This document shows, piece after piece, positions 50,521 through 58,926 of a DNA stretch of 64,000 bases. The notes under the pieces are model-generated. The model worked only from the letters and a program-made list of their open reading frames with translations, had not been told where the DNA came from and did not search any database. The stretch lies in assembly GCF_041060425.1 (NCBI RefSeq), contig NZ_JAULBC010000004.1:389649-453648 (forward strand). The letters run 5' to 3'. Source of the stretch: Danxiaibacter flavus (GTDB lineage: Bacteria; Bacteroidota; Bacteroidia; Chitinophagales; Chitinophagaceae). Each line of letters opens with the position of its first letter. The first letter of the stretch is position 1. The position numbers and the translations under genes are program-made.

Positions 50521-51477
50521 AGTTTTTAATTTGTGTCATTGCCATCCCAATGACTTTTTTAATGGAGCGCAAAGTTGCGTTTAGTAATTGGATTTACCAA
50601 CGAATTGGAAATTTATTTTGATACACACTTCTGCAACACATTGATTTACAATAAAAAAAATGATTGCCTTTTTAAATTACAGGTGCAAATGTGCGGTAAT
50701 TAAGGATTTTTTAGGAGAAATGAAGCTGGGACCGCGATTTAAAAGATTGAGGAGATTTTTTGGATTGAGCGATAATTAATTTAAAAGTTCTTCTATTTGG
50801 AGTCATCGATTTGCAGATATGAAGGTGCTGTTTCGTCCGGGCATTTGTATGGGAGCAGCAAATTGCCGTTAAAAATTGCAGTATATTTTTCTTTTTCCGG
50901 GAAAAGGGAAAACAGATAATCGATAAAAGCCACAAGCCCCATCATACTTTACCTTTTTGCACTCTTTAAGTGAAAATTTCAATTCAAATATTTTCCTTAA
51001 AAATAATATCATAAAAAAATGTGAAAAAAATTTGGAGGATTGAAAAATTAATCCAAATCTTTGCAACGTAAAAAATTATTAACCATATATGCCACGCATA
51101 CAATTACATATAAAATCAAATAATGAGTTTAGCCAGGAATTCGGCTATATCATTTTTGAGGCATATACTGCTGTTGATGAGTGAACCCCACAAAATCACT
51201 GAAGGATATGCCTCGCAAAAAGCGGGGCTTTTTTATGTCCACAATGTCAGGCTCACAAAAAATGCGTTTCCTGGATCTGGCTAAATAATGATCAAAATGA
51301 ACAAAGAATTACAACATACCCGATTTAACAAATACCGCATGAATCTCATGTTCTTATATACTGTGTGCTATAAGCTTAATCAGCCTGTGCAACATATACA
51401 GCATACAGGCAATGAGAGTAAAAGCGAATTTCCAGGACCGGCTAACGTCCATACATAAGTTAATACATACTTATTTA

Positions 51478-51510
51478 GGGCCCGGTCACAAAATGACCGG
51501 GCTTTTTTAT
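51478..51510 (+). terminator. rho-independent terminator in a gene-poor region upstream of the tRNA array
   Basis: gggcccggtcacaaaatgaccgggc followed by T6. Confidence 0.6.
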
Positions 51511-51565
51511 TGGCCCAAACGAAAGCAGCAACAAAGATGTTAAACGCTGATCCTTTTTAAACTGG

Positions 51566-51638
51566 GGCCTGTTCGTCTAACGGTTCAGGATATCACACTT
51601 TCGATGTGATGATATGGGTTCAACTCCCATACAGGCTA
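51566..51638 (+). tRNA. tRNA-Glu (anticodon TTC)
   Basis: Manual cloverleaf: acceptor ggcctgt/acaggct, anticodon loop ctttcga, T-arm atggg-ttcaact-cccat. Confidence 0.7.
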
Positions 51639-51639
51639 C

Positions 51640-51712
51640 TATTGGGTGGTGCAAATGGTTAGCATTTCAGATTTTGACTCTGAAGATGCGGGTTCAAATC
51701 CGGCCCCAATAA
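51640..51712 (+). tRNA. tRNA-Gln (anticodon TTG)
   Basis: Acceptor tattggg/cccaata is perfect. Anticodon stem tcaga/tctga with loop ttttgac. One mismatch in the T-stem. Confidence 0.65.
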
Positions 51713-51719
51713 CAAACAT

Positions 51720-51792
51720 GTTGGCTTTAGCTTAACTGGCAAAGCGCCACACTGTGGATGTGGAGAACAGGGTTCGAGTCCCGGAGTCAACC
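51720..51792 (+). tRNA. tRNA-His (anticodon GTG)
   Basis: Anticodon stem ccaca/tgtgg with loop ctgtgga. Exact boundaries and G-1 are uncertain. Confidence 0.6.
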
Positions 51793-51797
51793 AAAAC

Positions 51798-51870
51798 TGA
51801 CCTGTAGCTCAATGGTAAGAGCGGTTGCCTTATACGCAAAAGGTTACCGGTTCAAGTCCGGTCAGGTCAA
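51798..51870 (+). tRNA. tRNA with anticodon TAT (UAU), formally tRNA-Ile(UAU)
   Basis: Acceptor tgacctg/caggtca is perfect, D-arm gctc-aatggtaa-gagc, T-arm accgg-ttcaagt-ccggt. Anticodon loop cttatac with a 27:43 mismatch. Confidence 0.55.
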
Positions 51871-51890
51871 CAGTATACAAATACACATAA

Positions 51891-51963
51891 GATCTCGTGG
51901 CTCAACTGGCAGAGTAATCGGCTTTTAACCGATAGGTTCCGGGTTCAAATCCCGGCGGGATCA
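51891..51963 (+). tRNA. tRNA-Lys (anticodon TTT)
   Basis: Anticodon stem atcgg/ccgat with loop cttttaa. T-arm ccggg-ttcaaat-cccgg. Confidence 0.75.
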
Positions 51964-51967
51964 CGAA

Positions 51968-52039
51968 GGATGAATAGCTCAATGGCAGAGCTGCGGCTTG
52001 TTAAGCCGATGGTTGAAAGTTCGAATCTTTCTTCATCCG
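51968..52039 (+). tRNA. tRNA-Asn (anticodon GTT)
   Basis: Acceptor ggatgaa/ttcatcc. Anticodon loop ttgttaa. Confidence 0.7.
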
Positions 52040-52045
52040 CAATGA

Positions 52046-52129
52046 GTGAGTGCGACGAAGCTGGAGAGCCGTGGCGGTCTGTAAAACCGTTGCCTTCGGG
52101 ATAAATAAGTTCGAATCTTATCACTCACA
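52046..52129 (+). tRNA. tRNA-Tyr (anticodon GTA), long variable arm
   Basis: Acceptor gtgagtg/cactcac. Anticodon loop ctgtaaa. 84 nt. Confidence 0.7.
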
Positions 52130-52132
52130 CTT

Positions 52133-52215
52133 GGAGAGCGTCCGGTTGGTCGAGGACACTGTCTTGAAAACAGTCAGCCTTTTAGGGTCCGGGGGTTCGA
52201 ATCCCTCTCTCTCCG
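52133..52215 (+). tRNA. tRNA-Ser (anticodon TGA), long variable arm
   Basis: Anticodon stem actgt/acagt with loop cttgaaa. T-loop ttcgaat. Confidence 0.65.
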
Positions 52216-52237
52216 CCTTTAAATATAAGAAGCAACA

Positions 52238-52310
52238 GGTGTCTTGGCAGAGTTGGTCTATGCACCGGACTGAAAATCCGGCTAAGAAGGTTCGATTCCT
52301 TTGGACACCA
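52238..52310 (+). tRNA. tRNA-Phe (anticodon GAA)
   Basis: Anticodon stem ccgga/tccgg with loop ctgaaaa. Acceptor ggtgtct/ggacacc. Confidence 0.7.
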
Positions 52311-52339
52311 CTTATGAAGAAAATGTAAAAAAGCATGCT

Positions 52340-52825
52340 ATGGAACAGAATCAACGATGGCGGAAACTGAGTGGGCAAAGGGTTTACATTCCTATTACTG
52401 AAGAAGTAGCAAACACTTTGTCAAAGGAAATATCCGCAGGCAATGAAATGAAAGTTTGTATTGGCACAGACAGCCAGGTGAAGGGCGATGAAACAGAATT
52501 TGCTACGGTAATTGTTTTCATTCGTAAAGGCAAAGGAGGTTTTATGTACTTACGCAATGAGATTACCAGTCAGAAAATGCATATCAAACAAAGGATGTTA
52601 ACAGAAGCCAGCAAAAGCATTGAAGTTGCCTACGCACTATGCGGCATTTTTTCAAAATATGGCGTGGATCTGGAAGTTCATGCTGATATCAATACCAACC
52701 CTACATTCAAAAGCAATGGTGCATTGAAAGATGCTATGAGCTTCATTACAGGAATGGGATTTGTTTTTAAAGCAAAACCTGAAGCGTTTGCAAGTTCAAG
52801 CTGCGCGAATAAAGTTGTTCAATAA
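52340..52825 (+). CDS. YkuK-like (DUF458) RNase-H-fold protein
   Basis: Contains the CIGTDSQ motif typical of DUF458. Start moved downstream of tRNA-Phe to MEQNQ. Confidence 0.5.
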   Translation: MEQNQRWRKLSGQRVYIPITEEVANTLSKEISAGNEMKVCIGTDSQVKGDETEFATVIVFIRKGKGGFMYLRNEITSQKMHIKQRMLTEASKSIEVAYALCGIFSKYGVDLEVHADINTNPTFKSNGALKDAMSFITGMGFVFKAKPEAFASSSCANKVVQ

Positions 52826-52959
52826 GATTTTTAAAATAATTGTTCATCAACTCTACATTGGGTAATGAACATAAAGGCTTGCTTAACGGCAAGAAGGGAA
52901 TTGGCATGTTTCAGCAAACCGGATGTGTGTTTTATTACACCATAGTGCAGCGGTAGTAA

Positions 52960-53100
52960 CCTGCTGTATGCTGTTGCGTTAATATGCAATTTCCTCCAAT
53001 AACACTGTGTGTCCGGGGTTCAAGTCCCCGCGGGGCAATTGCCTTGTAGCTCAGTTGGTAGAGCAACAGCTTCCATGCAGGTTCGAATCCTGCTCCGCTG
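52960..53100 (+). other. tandem tRNA-derived fragments (pseudo-tRNAs)
   Basis: Element 1 ends with a perfect T-arm cgggg-ttcaagt-ccccg plus cggggca. Element 2 begins tgccttg-ta-gctcagttggtagagca (acceptor plus D-arm), then only 11 nt, then T-arm gcagg-ttcgaat-cctgc. No complete cloverleaf can be drawn for either. Confidence 0.5.
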
Positions 53101-53323
53101 AAAACGGGTAGCCTAATGGCAGGTAAAGCAGGGAAGTCCGCTGCTTCCAAAAAAATGGCGATTTACTTAAAGTATGGACCGTTCTGTGTCGTTTGCTTTA
53201 ACGCGTGTGTGCACGCAAAGCAATGGCAACAGGTGTCTGGCCAGCGTATCAGGCTAAAGTATTAAGCAGCAAAGCTCTTTTATCTTGCTCAAATGGAATT
53301 GACAAGAGACTCGGAAAACTGCT

Positions 53324-54526
53324 TTGATCAATCATACGGCAGCTGATATCCGCCATGTACAGGTTAAGAACGGTCGTGCTTTAATATCAGGAAAAATTAT
53401 TCAGAAGATATATAAAAACACAGACATGAAAAATGTAAGAGTGAATGCCTACCAGGTTGGTTTGGTATTCAAACGTGGCGTATATCAACGCCTGTTGAAA
53501 GAAGGGAGCTACTGGTTTTGGGGTTTGGAAAATATCGTATTGTTTGATTTAACAAAACCATTTATCGCTCCTGTTGAGTTAAATATTCTGTTACAAGATG
53601 CTTATATCGCAGAGATGCTGGAGATTGTAATCGTCGGTGATAATGAAATCGCGTTGCAGTATGAAGATGGATTGCTGAAACAAGTGCTGACCACTGGTAG
53701 ATATGCTTATTGGAAAAATGCTATTCAACGCACTTTTGTTCGCGCTGATATTAGCAAGGTAGAAATAACCGAACCAATTGAAAGATCGGTTCTGCAAAAT
53801 AAATTGCTGGCTAACTATGTACGCAGCTTAACTGTAGAAGGTTATGAGCAGGCAATTCTTTTCGTTGACGGAAAATATGTACAAACCATTTCTGGTGGCG
53901 TATATTATTGGTGGAAGAATGCAATCTCTGTATCTATTGGTAAAGTGGATAAGCGTCAGGCACAATTGGAAATAAACGGCCAGGAAATAATAACCAGGGA
54001 TAAGGCAACATTGCGAATCAACGCATGGGCGCAGTACAAAGTTATCGACATAGAAAAAGCTCTTCTGCAAAATAAGGAGTACGATAAGCAATTGTACATT
54101 TCTTTCCAGTTGGCATTGCGGGAATACATTGCAGGCTATGGATTTGACGAACTGCTTGAAAAGAAAGAAAGCATTGCTCCTTTTGTATTGGAACGTGTAA
54201 AAGAAAACGCGATAGTGCTGGGAGTAGAAGTTACAGGCTTTGGCATCAGGGATATTATATTGCCCGGCGATATAAAAGAGATAATGAACCATGTGCTGGT
54301 TGCAGAGAAAAAAGCACAGGCAAATACCATTATGCGAAGAGAAGAAACAGCGAGCACAAGAAGCCTGTTGAATACTGCTAAACTAATGGAAGAAAATAAA
54401 ATGTTATGGAAGCTGAAAGAAATGGAGTATGTTGAAAAAATTTCAGAAAAAATCAATAACATCAGCGTAAATGGTAACGGCGCTTTAATAGAACAATTGA
54501 AATCCATCTTTATAGCTAAGAATTAA
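53324..54526 (+). CDS. SPFH/band-7 (stomatin-prohibitin-flotillin) domain protein, soluble
   Basis: C-terminal half is SPFH-like (LRINAWAQYKV..., GVEVTGFGIRDIILPGDIKE..., coiled-coil tail). The N-terminal half looks like a duplicated beta-domain. No TM helix found. True start may be the internal Met in ...NTDMKNVRV... at 53426. Confidence 0.6.
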   Translation: MINHTAADIRHVQVKNGRALISGKIIQKIYKNTDMKNVRVNAYQVGLVFKRGVYQRLLKEGSYWFWGLENIVLFDLTKPFIAPVELNILLQDAYIAEMLEIVIVGDNEIALQYEDGLLKQVLTTGRYAYWKNAIQRTFVRADISKVEITEPIERSVLQNKLLANYVRSLTVEGYEQAILFVDGKYVQTISGGVYYWWKNAISVSIGKVDKRQAQLEINGQEIITRDKATLRINAWAQYKVIDIEKALLQNKEYDKQLYISFQLALREYIAGYGFDELLEKKESIAPFVLERVKENAIVLGVEVTGFGIRDIILPGDIKEIMNHVLVAEKKAQANTIMRREETASTRSLLNTAKLMEENKMLWKLKEMEYVEKISEKINNISVNGNGALIEQLKSIFIAKN

Positions 54527-54601
54527 AAATAACATCCGGCTCTGGCCGGATGTTTGAGTTTCTCCGCAAGGTTTCACAGCTGACCAAAGCGGTATGCCGG
54601 A

Positions 54602-55618
54602 TCAGCCTGATTTTTGTTCCCTTTTTTTCAGCTCATGTAACTGCCGGTCGTTTTCTATCAGCTTTTTGAGTTCCGCCTCTTCCGGCAAATACAACAGGTA
54701 TTTACTGGCAAAGAGCTGCCGGTTTTCAGCTAACATAGAATACTTAACGATAGTTTCATCTTTTTCAGAACATAGCAAAAGTCCAATTGTGGGATTGTCT
54801 CCGTCAGTCGTTTTCAGGTCATCATACATACGTCTGTACATGTCCATCTGGCCAATGTCCTGGTGACTCAGTTTACCTCTTTTTAAATCAATCAAAACAA
54901 AGCATTTCAGATAATAATTATAAAATACCAGGTCAATAAAATAATCCGAACTGTCGGTCACGATATGCTGTTGACGAGCCACAAAAGCAAATCCTTTACC
55001 CAGCTCCATCAAAAATTGCTGCAAATGAGTTGTCACAGCATCTTCTAAATCTTTCTCTAAAGGCAGATTTTGACCCGAGAGTCCCGCAAACTCAAGTATA
55101 TATGGATCTTTGATCAGGTCATTGACTGAAAAGGACTCTGCTAAAGACTGTTTTTGGGCTTGTTTTACATTTCGCTCAAAATATAAGCTTTGAATATTCC
55201 GGTCTAGTGTACGGCTGTTCCAATTACCTTGAATAGCTTCGTTTATATAATATGATCTTTTTTCGGACGTTTCCTGCCTGCTTATAATACGATAATGAGT
55301 CCAACTCAATTCGGTACGCACTGCGTTCCAAATTGGAAACGAGCTGTAAAAAGCCCGCATATTATTCAAATTACGTTCATCAAATCCTTTTCCAAATTCC
55401 AGTGTAAGCTGTACGCTCAGATTTTTCAGAATAGCCTTGCCATATTCCGCACGGGCATTGCCATTTTGTTCGTCCTGAACAATCAGTTTCCCAATCTGCC
55501 AATATGTGCTTAACAGTACGCTGTTAATTGATTTGAGTGTTTGTCTGCGGGATTCAACAATAATGCTCTTAATCTCATCGAATAAAGACTGTGACATTTT
55601 TAAGGTTTTGGGGTTCAT
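54602..55618 (-). CDS. YhcG-type (DUF1016) PDDEXK nuclease-domain protein
   Basis: 338 aa. C-terminal FIDLVFYNYYLKCFVLIDLKRGKL...HQDIGQM matches the PDDEXK core of the YhcG family. Confidence 0.7.
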   Translation of the reverse strand: MNPKTLKMSQSLFDEIKSIIVESRRQTLKSINSVLLSTYWQIGKLIVQDEQNGNARAEYGKAILKNLSVQLTLEFGKGFDERNLNNMRAFYSSFPIWNAVRTELSWTHYRIISRQETSEKRSYYINEAIQGNWNSRTLDRNIQSLYFERNVKQAQKQSLAESFSVNDLIKDPYILEFAGLSGQNLPLEKDLEDAVTTHLQQFLMELGKGFAFVARQQHIVTDSSDYFIDLVFYNYYLKCFVLIDLKRGKLSHQDIGQMDMYRRMYDDLKTTDGDNPTIGLLLCSEKDETIVKYSMLAENRQLFASKYLLYLPEEAELKKLIENDRQLHELKKREQKSG

Positions 55619-55828
55619 TAATAATCATGCGTTGAGCATTCAGGCAAATATATTATCAATTTTTATCATGATGAGGATTATTTAATTCTTCAAATTCGCC
55701 GTTCATCAAATTTTATCACCGTTCATCCTAAGTGAAAAAATTTCAAACAAATTTAATTACTTCAAAATCAAATAGTTATTACATTATAGAATACTGCCTC
55801 ATACCCATTACTGAAAAAAAACTGGTAC

Positions 55829-55849
55829 TATGTGTTGCATAGTACTAAA
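55829..55849. promoter_or_regulatory. near-perfect palindrome GTACTATGTGTTGCATAGTAC upstream of PadR
   Basis: Arms ACTATG/CATAGT around TGTTG, about 80 bp upstream of the padR start. Candidate autoregulatory operator. Confidence 0.35.
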
Positions 55850-55928
55850 ATTTACCCCATCTTTGTGTTGTCAATGAAACAAAACACCGCGAAAGCGGAG
55901 AAACAATAAAAAAATAAAAACCCCGGAT

Positions 55929-56294
55929 ATGGATATTCAAAACACACAAAGCCAAATGAGGAAAGGGGTATTGGAGTTTTGCATTCTATCAATTATTAGA
56001 AAAGGAGAAGTTTATCCGAGTGATATTGTTGATAGCATGAAAGCGGCCAACCTTCAAATCCTGGAAGGAACCCTCTATCCGCTCTTAACCAGGTTAAAAA
56101 ATGCGGGGCTTCTCACCTACAGATGGGTTGAAAGCAGCTCCGGACCCCCACGCAAATATTTCAGCATGACTGACAAAGGACTTGAGTTTTACAATGAACT
56201 GGAAAGAACCTGGCAGGAACTGGCTGACGCGGTAGATGCAATCACAACCCAAACCAACGGACAACTAACAGAAACTCCCAACACTAACCAATAA
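55929..56294 (+). CDS. PadR-family transcriptional regulator
   Basis: LEFCILSII..GEVYPSDIV......EGTLYPLLTRLKNAGLL: winged-HTH PadR signature. Confidence 0.85.
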   Translation: MDIQNTQSQMRKGVLEFCILSIIRKGEVYPSDIVDSMKAANLQILEGTLYPLLTRLKNAGLLTYRWVESSSGPPRKYFSMTDKGLEFYNELERTWQELADAVDAITTQTNGQLTETPNTNQ

Positions 56295-56304
56295 CTTTTA
56301 TACC

Positions 56305-58506
56305 ATGAAAAAGGTAATCAATATAAACTTTCAAGGCCGGGTGATTCCGATAGAAGAGGCCGCCTACGACATATTGAAACAGTATGTTGAAAGCCTTCGG
56401 AATTTCTTTGCCAACGAGGAAGGACGTGACGAAATAATCAATGACATTGAGGGTCGTATAGCCGAACTGTTTAGCGAATCCTTAAAAAAAGGTAGTACAT
56501 GCATTACTGAGGATGATGTAAACGCCATAATCGCCAGCATGGGCCGCCCTGAAGATTTTGATGATGATGAAACCAAAGTGAAATCTCAGCTTGGCAGCGA
56601 GGCAAACAGTCATTCTGCTAACAGTGGCTCATACAGTGGCAGCAAACAACAATCTGAAACTTATACATCTACAGGGCGTGGACGCTTGTATCGTGACGAA
56701 GATGATAAAATTTTAGGTGGTGTTTGTGCCGGCCTGGCAAACTACCTTAGAATTGATCCGGCTATTGTCCGTATTCTTTTCGCGGTAATAACCATCGGCG
56801 GGTTTGGAGCAGGCTTCCTTATCTATATATTAATGTGGATCATCCTCCCAAAGCGTACGCTGCAAAGGGAGGAAATAAGAAAGCGTCTTTTTCGTAACCC
56901 GGAGGATAAGGTAATTGCGGGTGTTGCGAGCGGTATCGCTGCTTATTTTGACATTGCCGTTTGGATCCCCCGGTTAATATTCGCTTTCCCGCTGTTGTTG
57001 GGTATTATCACCTCTATTTTCAGAAATATCTTCTGGCATTTTGATCCTTTCCCCGGTGTGATATTCGGATCATTCGGAAGTACGCTGTTTATTATATATG
57101 TAATTCTATGGGCTTTAATTCCTGAAGCAAATACAGCTTCTGAAAAACTGGAAATGCGTGGCGAAAAAGTAGACCTTAATACCATAAAAAACACCATCCA
57201 GGAAGACCTTTCAGGTTTTAAGACCCGCGCTGAAAAATGGGGAACTGAATTTAAGGATAAAGCCCAGCAAATGGGTTCTGAAATAGGCGCGACAGCAAAA
57301 AAAAATGGCAGCAGAATTGGGCACGTAATAGGCATCATTTTTAAAGCTTTCTTTCTCTTCATCGCTGGTGTTATTGCCTTCGCGTTACTCGTGGCTTTAA
57401 TTGGTATGATCATAGGTGGTGTAAGTGTAATGCCTCTGAAAACCTTCTTCCTTGATGGTTTTAATCAAACCTCACTTGCCTGGGCCACTGTACTGCTGTT
57501 CTTAGGTGTACCTATCTTAGGCTTCTTCACCTGGCTGGTAAGAAGAATTCTGAGAGTGAGATCTAAAAACCCTTACCTGGGTTATATATTCAGCGGTTTG
57601 TGGGTGATTGGTTTGATCTGCGCTATTTGTCTTGCTGCTTCTATAGCCCGCAGCTACAGAACAAAGAGTGGAGTTGAAGAAAAAGTAAGTCTTGTGCAGC
57701 CCACCAGCAACAAACTGTTCGTGACCACTCCAAGGATCTCTTACAACTTTGAAGGTAGCGACTGGTACGGCATTCACTGGGATGATGATGGTCTCTTTTA
57801 CGGAATTAATGAAGACAGCCTGATCATGCGCACCGTTAGAGTGAGTGTTGTAAAAAGCAACGATAAAGACTATCACCTGCAAATGGTAAAATTCAGTCAC
57901 GGTATCAATCCTGCAATCGCCAGAAACAATGCACAAAAAATAGATTTCAGGATAAACCAGGCAGACAGCATACTTACCTTACCCAATGGATTTGCTATCA
58001 CAAAAAATAACAAATTTCACAACCAACAGGTATTGGTGATCATAGAAGTACCGGTAGGAAAGAAAATAGAACTGGACGAAAGTATCAATGGCTATAAATG
58101 GTTCAATGTAAACTTTAACTACAATCGCAGAAGAGGCTGGAATGTTGAATGGGAAGACAATTGGAACGAAGGCTATAGCTGGCGCGAAAACACAGAATAT
58201 GTGATGACTGCTGAAGGACTAAAAAGTACCAAACCTTCTAAGGATGAATTGGATGAAAAGCAACGTGACAGCGAAATTCACAAGGACGAACTGGACGAAA
58301 TTCAACGCCAACGCAAAGAGCTGGATGAAAAACAAAAAGAGCTGGAAAACAAATTAAAAGATGATAGCACACGCTACCATTATCAACCCGAAAAACCTGC
58401 AGCTCCACAAGAACAGCCAGCTGCACCAAAAGCAAAAGCAGTAAAAACAGCTTCAATATTTTGGGGAAATCCCTCACAGTATTTAATAGCAAGATTCGCT
58501 ATATAA
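56305..58506 (+). CDS. PspC-domain membrane protein with coiled-coil C-terminal region
   Basis: Two PspC motifs (ILGGVCAGLANYLRIDPAIVR and VIAGVASGIAAYFDIAVWIPR), multiple TM helices and an acidic coiled-coil tail. Confidence 0.8.
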   Translation: MKKVININFQGRVIPIEEAAYDILKQYVESLRNFFANEEGRDEIINDIEGRIAELFSESLKKGSTCITEDDVNAIIASMGRPEDFDDDETKVKSQLGSEANSHSANSGSYSGSKQQSETYTSTGRGRLYRDEDDKILGGVCAGLANYLRIDPAIVRILFAVITIGGFGAGFLIYILMWIILPKRTLQREEIRKRLFRNPEDKVIAGVASGIAAYFDIAVWIPRLIFAFPLLLGIITSIFRNIFWHFDPFPGVIFGSFGSTLFIIYVILWALIPEANTASEKLEMRGEKVDLNTIKNTIQEDLSGFKTRAEKWGTEFKDKAQQMGSEIGATAKKNGSRIGHVIGIIFKAFFLFIAGVIAFALLVALIGMIIGGVSVMPLKTFFLDGFNQTSLAWATVLLFLGVPILGFFTWLVRRILRVRSKNPYLGYIFSGLWVIGLICAICLAASIARSYRTKSGVEEKVSLVQPTSNKLFVTTPRISYNFEGSDWYGIHWDDDGLFYGINEDSLIMRTVRVSVVKSNDKDYHLQMVKFSHGINPAIARNNAQKIDFRINQADSILTLPNGFAITKNNKFHNQQVLVIIEVPVGKKIELDESINGYKWFNVNFNYNRRRGWNVEWEDNWNEGYSWRENTEYVMTAEGLKSTKPSKDELDEKQRDSEIHKDELDEIQRQRKELDEKQKELENKLKDDSTRYHYQPEKPAAPQEQPAAPKAKAVKTASIFWGNPSQYLIARFAI

Positions 58507-58679
58507 GTCGGTTAAAGTTGGGACAACCAGAAGGACCTTGTTCTCGTTTGAGGGCAGGGTCTTTTCTTTTGGCTGTGAGCTGTCAGCTATTAGCTCTGAG
58601 CTTGGGTATCAGGTTTCAGGCGTCAGGTATCAGGCATAAGATATGAGCTATAAGGCTTGAGGTATAAGAACGATAGGAT

Positions 58680-58926
58680 GTCTATCAGGTTTAAACTAAC
58701 ATCAGACATTTCCACTACATCGTACACCGTACCCGCCCGAACGTGCCGTCGGTATGGGCGGGCATCTAACCTCCTACATCAAAAGCCGCCTGCTGCGCCT
58801 AAGTACTTCGTAACTCGTACTTCGTACTTAAAATCCCACGCTGTCGCATTTAATCACATCAGACATCTAACATCGTACACCGTACATCCAACACCGAACA
58901 TCGTACATATGCCTTACTTTTGTACG
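58680..58926. repeat. GTACTTCGTA/CATCGTACA word-repeat block upstream of rsmA
   Basis: catcgtacaccgtac, tacttcgtaactcgtacttcgtactt, acatctaacatcgtacaccgtacatc. Same family as the minisatellite at 63581-64000. Confidence 0.6.

Noticed and set aside
52050-52378. ORFs 52050-52328 (+) and 52121-52378 (-) in the six-frame track
   Set aside because: They lie entirely over tRNA-Tyr/Ser/Phe genes. These are translation artefacts of structured RNA.
52935-53150. 71-aa minus-strand ORF (MEAADFPALPAIRLPVFSGAGFEPA...)
   Set aside because: It is the antisense translation of tRNA-like T-arm and D-arm DNA (GFEPA, GLEPRT signatures). It overlaps the pseudo-tRNA fragments.
56364-57413. Minus-strand ORFs 56364-56576 and 56943-57413 inside the PspC-domain gene
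   Set aside because: They are antisense to a coherent 733-aa membrane protein ORF with recognisable PspC motifs.
58657-58926. N-terminal 90-codon extension of rsmA in the ORF track
   Set aside because: It is translated from GTACTTCGTA/CATCGTACA repeat DNA. The genuine KsgA start MQYTLKKSLGQHFL is at 58927.
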